DNA from: the human T2T-CHM13v2.0 reference genome, Homo sapiens
Strand: one strand, 5' to 3'
Length of the DNA: 64,000 bases
Assembly (NCBI RefSeq): GCF_009914755.1
Contig: NC_060934.1
Part shown: piece by piece, positions 59,831-64,000 of the stretch
How positions within the stretch are numbered: position 1 is the first letter of the stretch
Layout of the letters: the number at the start of each line of letters is the position of its first letter
Made by a program: the position numbers and the translations under genes
The notes under the pieces: generated by a model
The model's database searches: none
What the model was told of the DNA's origin: nothing
The model's input: only the letters and a program-made list of their open reading frames with translations

Positions 59831-62391
59831 CTACTTTGTTAGGCAGAATCTTCTTTCTCTGCCTAAAATCAGGCTCATTGGCAAAGGCAGAAGCAGAGAT
59901 GTACAATGATTACTGGAACTCACAAGTCACAGGCTCCTCCGTGCCTCCCCAGAGCAGACAAGATTCAGTCTGAAAGGAAGTCAGTGAGATGTAAAGGAAG
60001 GTCTTGGAAACATAGAACTGTCAGACCTGAGGAATAACGTTTCTGCTCCCTGGCTGTGGCTGTGGGAGACACATATGCAAGCCAGGAGGCAGGCCCTGCA
60101 CTTCTTGAATGAAATTCTGAGGTTGAGTTTGGTTGCCTGCTTCTAGTCTTTTGTCTGGCTATGTGGCTATTATTAACTCTATTAGTACCGCAGTCAACTG
60201 GCTGTATTTAACAGTAACATTAATACTGATGGGCACCTTGATGGCAGCCGAGGATTACAGTTGACGGGGCAGCTCTATCCTGGTGATCAAATGGGATGCT
60301 TGATGTTGCAGCCACATTTGCCTCCCCTACCTCGAATACTCGAGTGCTTTTACTATATTATCAACATCCATCCTAAAAATGCTGTCAATAGCTAGCTATT
60401 TTCCCTTTCCCTCAAGGATCCTGAAATGCTTTGCACATGTTCTTCCTACTGAAAGATAGAAGCCTGGTGTTACAGTTTATCCCCATTTACAAGATGGATA
60501 TCCTTAAAAGCAAATTGGAAGCTGAGCTGTGTCTCTGCACAATGGCTTCCTTTCATATACCGTGTTTCTCTCCAGAGATATAAGAATATACAGAAATACA
60601 AACCTTATTTATGAAAACATAGAGGAAAACATTTGAACGTTCACTTTTATCAGCACTGCATTTTCTTACTTAGCATTAATCCTTTGGCTCATTTTTATTC
60701 TTTAATAGAAACACATATCCATGTTAACAAAGAAAGAAAATTAAAACCTTGTCAATCAAAAATTATTTGATTATGTTAATGGTTTTATTTAATGTCTTTT
60801 TCTGCCTCTTAGTGTGATTTCTCTTCTCCATATACTTTTAAGAAAAAATTATGTTTCTTCAGCATATCAACTAACATTTATTAAGCTCTTCCTATGCATA
60901 TGGCACTATTCAAGGCTCTGTATGGGACATAGGTTTGTGTACCTTTTTCTTCCATAAAAGAGCTTACAATTTAGCTGGGAAGAAACCTGTCTATCCACAT
61001 TTATGTCAATATAGAGTTACTGCCTCTATTGTTAGTTATGACAAATAAGAGGCACAGATATGTCTTCTAGGACTTCATAGGAAGGAGATGTCGCTGTGAG
61101 TGGGCTGTTCAGAGATGAGTTCTGGGAAGTAGTGATCATTCATTCATCCATTCCACAAATACTTGTTGTGCCGGCCACTTGGCAGCTTGCTGGGGCTATG
61201 ATGATGGATCAGAAAAGCTCCTTGAGAAACTCATGATAGCAGGGAAACAGATGAATAAATAGCTGATTATAATCTAGGCCACGATGACTGGAAAAGGCTG
61301 AGCAGTTTGTGCAAAGTTTGGCCTAGGGGGAGATAATGGAGGCAAGTGGGGCTAAAACCCAGTCTCCATCCCCTCTTCCAGGGCAGACATGAGAACTACA
61401 GGGACTTTTGTCACAGAGGGGGAGCCTCTTTGCAAATCCTGCCAAGGCATCGTATATATCAGTGGCTGCCCCGAGTGTGATCAACTTTTTTTCTATTTAA
61501 AAATTTACATACAATAAAATTCATTTTTTTAAGTGTATAGTTCTGTGAGTTTTGGTAAATGCATAGAGTCATATAACTATCACACATCATGATATAGAAT
61601 AGTTCCATTGTTCCTCTAAAAAAATTTCCTCTACCTCTTTGTGGTTAAGCCTGCCCTCTTCCCCAGTGCCTGGAAACCACCAATCTGTTCTCCAGTTCTA
61701 TAGCTGTCTTTTCCAGAATGTCATATAAATGGAGCCATACAGAGTATATAGCCTTTTGGGTCTGCCCTCTTACATAGCATAGTGTATTTGCGATTCATCC
61801 ATGTTGTTGCATGTATTGATTATTTGTTTCTTTTTATTGATGAGTAGTTTTCCATTGAATGGATGTGCCACAGTTTGTTTATCCATTCCCAGCTTGAGGG
61901 ATATTCTGGTTGTTTCCAGTTTTTGGTGATGTAGCTGCTATAAACATTTACATATTATTTTCTGTGTGAACACAGGTTTTCATTTCATTTGGGTAATTAT
62001 CCAGGAGCGAGGTTGCTGGGTTGTATGGTAAGTGTATATTTAGTTTCATAAGAAGCTACTTAGAGATAAAATAAATCTAAGATGAAACAACTTCCACTCT
62101 TTTATAGTAGTTATGCCAGTTTGCATTCCTACCAGCAATGTATGAGAATTCCAGTTGCTCTGTATCCTTGTCAGCACTTGATATTCTTCTTTTTTAATTT
62201 AGCCATTCTATTAGTGATGTAATAGTATCATTGTGGTTTCAATTTGTTTTTCACTAATGACTAGTTATATTGAATGTATTTCACAGGCTTATTTGCCATC
62301 TATATATCTTCCGGGTAATGTACCTGTTGAAATCTTTCCCCATTAAAAAAAACTAGATTTGCTTGATGTGGTTGAGTTTTGAGAATTATTC

Positions 62392-62500
62392 TTTTTTTTT
62401 ATTTTCCCAGACAGGGTCTCACTCTGTCTCCCAGGCTGGAGTGTAGTGGCACCATCATAGCTCACTGCAGCTTGAACTCCTGGGTTCAAACCATCCTCCT
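62392..62500 (-). mobile_element. Truncated Alu right arm (AluJ/FRAM-like)
   Basis: GACAGGGTCTCACTCTGTC...; TGAGAATT on both flanks. Confidence 0.8.
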
Positions 62501-62618
62501 TCTTCATGAGAATTCTTTATATATTCTCAATACAAATCCTTTGTCAGATGTGAAATTTACAATTATTTTCTCCCAGTTTGTCCTTTCTAGCTATGTCTTT
62601 CTCAGAGCAAAAACTTAA

Positions 62619-62951
<333 letters not shown>

Positions 62952-63579
62952 TAATTTTTAAATTTTATTGATTGCAATTTTGTTGTTATATCTAAGAACT
63001 GTGTCTAACTCAAAGTTACAAAGATTTTTCTTCGAGAAATTTTACAATTTTAGGTTTATATTTAGGTCTGTTATCCATTTTGAGTTAATTTTTGTATATG
63101 GTACAAGATGTGGATTGAAGCACTTTTTTTTGTACATATGGATATCCAACTGTTCCAGCATTATTTGTTGAAAAGACTCTCTTCATTAAACTGCTTTTGC
63201 TTTTTTTAAAAAATCAATTGGTCATGTTTATGTGGGTCTCTTTCTGGGTTTTCTATTTTGTTCCATTGATCTAAGTGTCTCCCCTTTCTCCATTGTGAGT
63301 GTGGTAGATCTTAAGTCAGGAAGAGACACCGAGTGAGAGGGGAGCATTTGGGAGAGGACATGGGAAGGCGAGGAAGGGCTGGAGACTTTCCAGGCAACAT
63401 AACCTTTAAGCCGAGATCTGTGTTGGGTAAGAGTGAGAGGAAAGAGGATGGGCAGGTATCATAGGTCACTTAAGCCTTAGGAACGTTCTGGGCAAACGCT
63501 GGAGGGCAAGAGGGAAGTGGGTGGGGGCAACGGTATGGTTCACAGTGTGGTTGGAGCAGAGTATAAGAGTCAGGTTGGA

Positions 63580-63936
<357 letters not shown>

Positions 63937-64000
63937 TCAAGAGAGGTGTCGATTTGATCCCAAGGGTAGAGTGGATGTATTCATTTCAGAGGAGGGCGTT

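Overview
Primate (almost certainly human/great-ape, since it holds an SVA and AluY) repeat-dense genomic DNA. No intact host protein-coding gene, rRNA, tRNA or CRISPR array can be supported. Nearly all listed ORFs are frames through Alu, L1, SVA, LTR or ERV sequence. Main structures: (1) an old primate L1 on the minus strand (1-8142) carrying an Alu and a full-length SVA with a clean TSD, itself abutting an older L1M; (2) many Alu, MIR, L2, MaLR/ERVL/ERV1 LTR and hAT relics, several nested; (3) a HERV-K(HML-3)/HERVK9 provirus with a MER9 5' LTR, Lys PBS, gag, dUTPase-pro and an internally deleted pol, cut off inside integrase by a full-length L1PA4/5-like element with no TSD, which points to an L1-associated deletion; (4) that L1's antisense ORF0 reads through to 152 aa (190 aa from an upstream ATG); (5) an Alu with an inverted 5' segment; (6) a divergent pair of CTCF-like motifs near 58.3 kb; (7) three weak, phase-compatible minus-strand exon candidates in unique sequence at 11.2-12.8 kb. 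Subfamily names are from recall of consensus sequences, not from a search. I see no evidence for a wholly new biological system.
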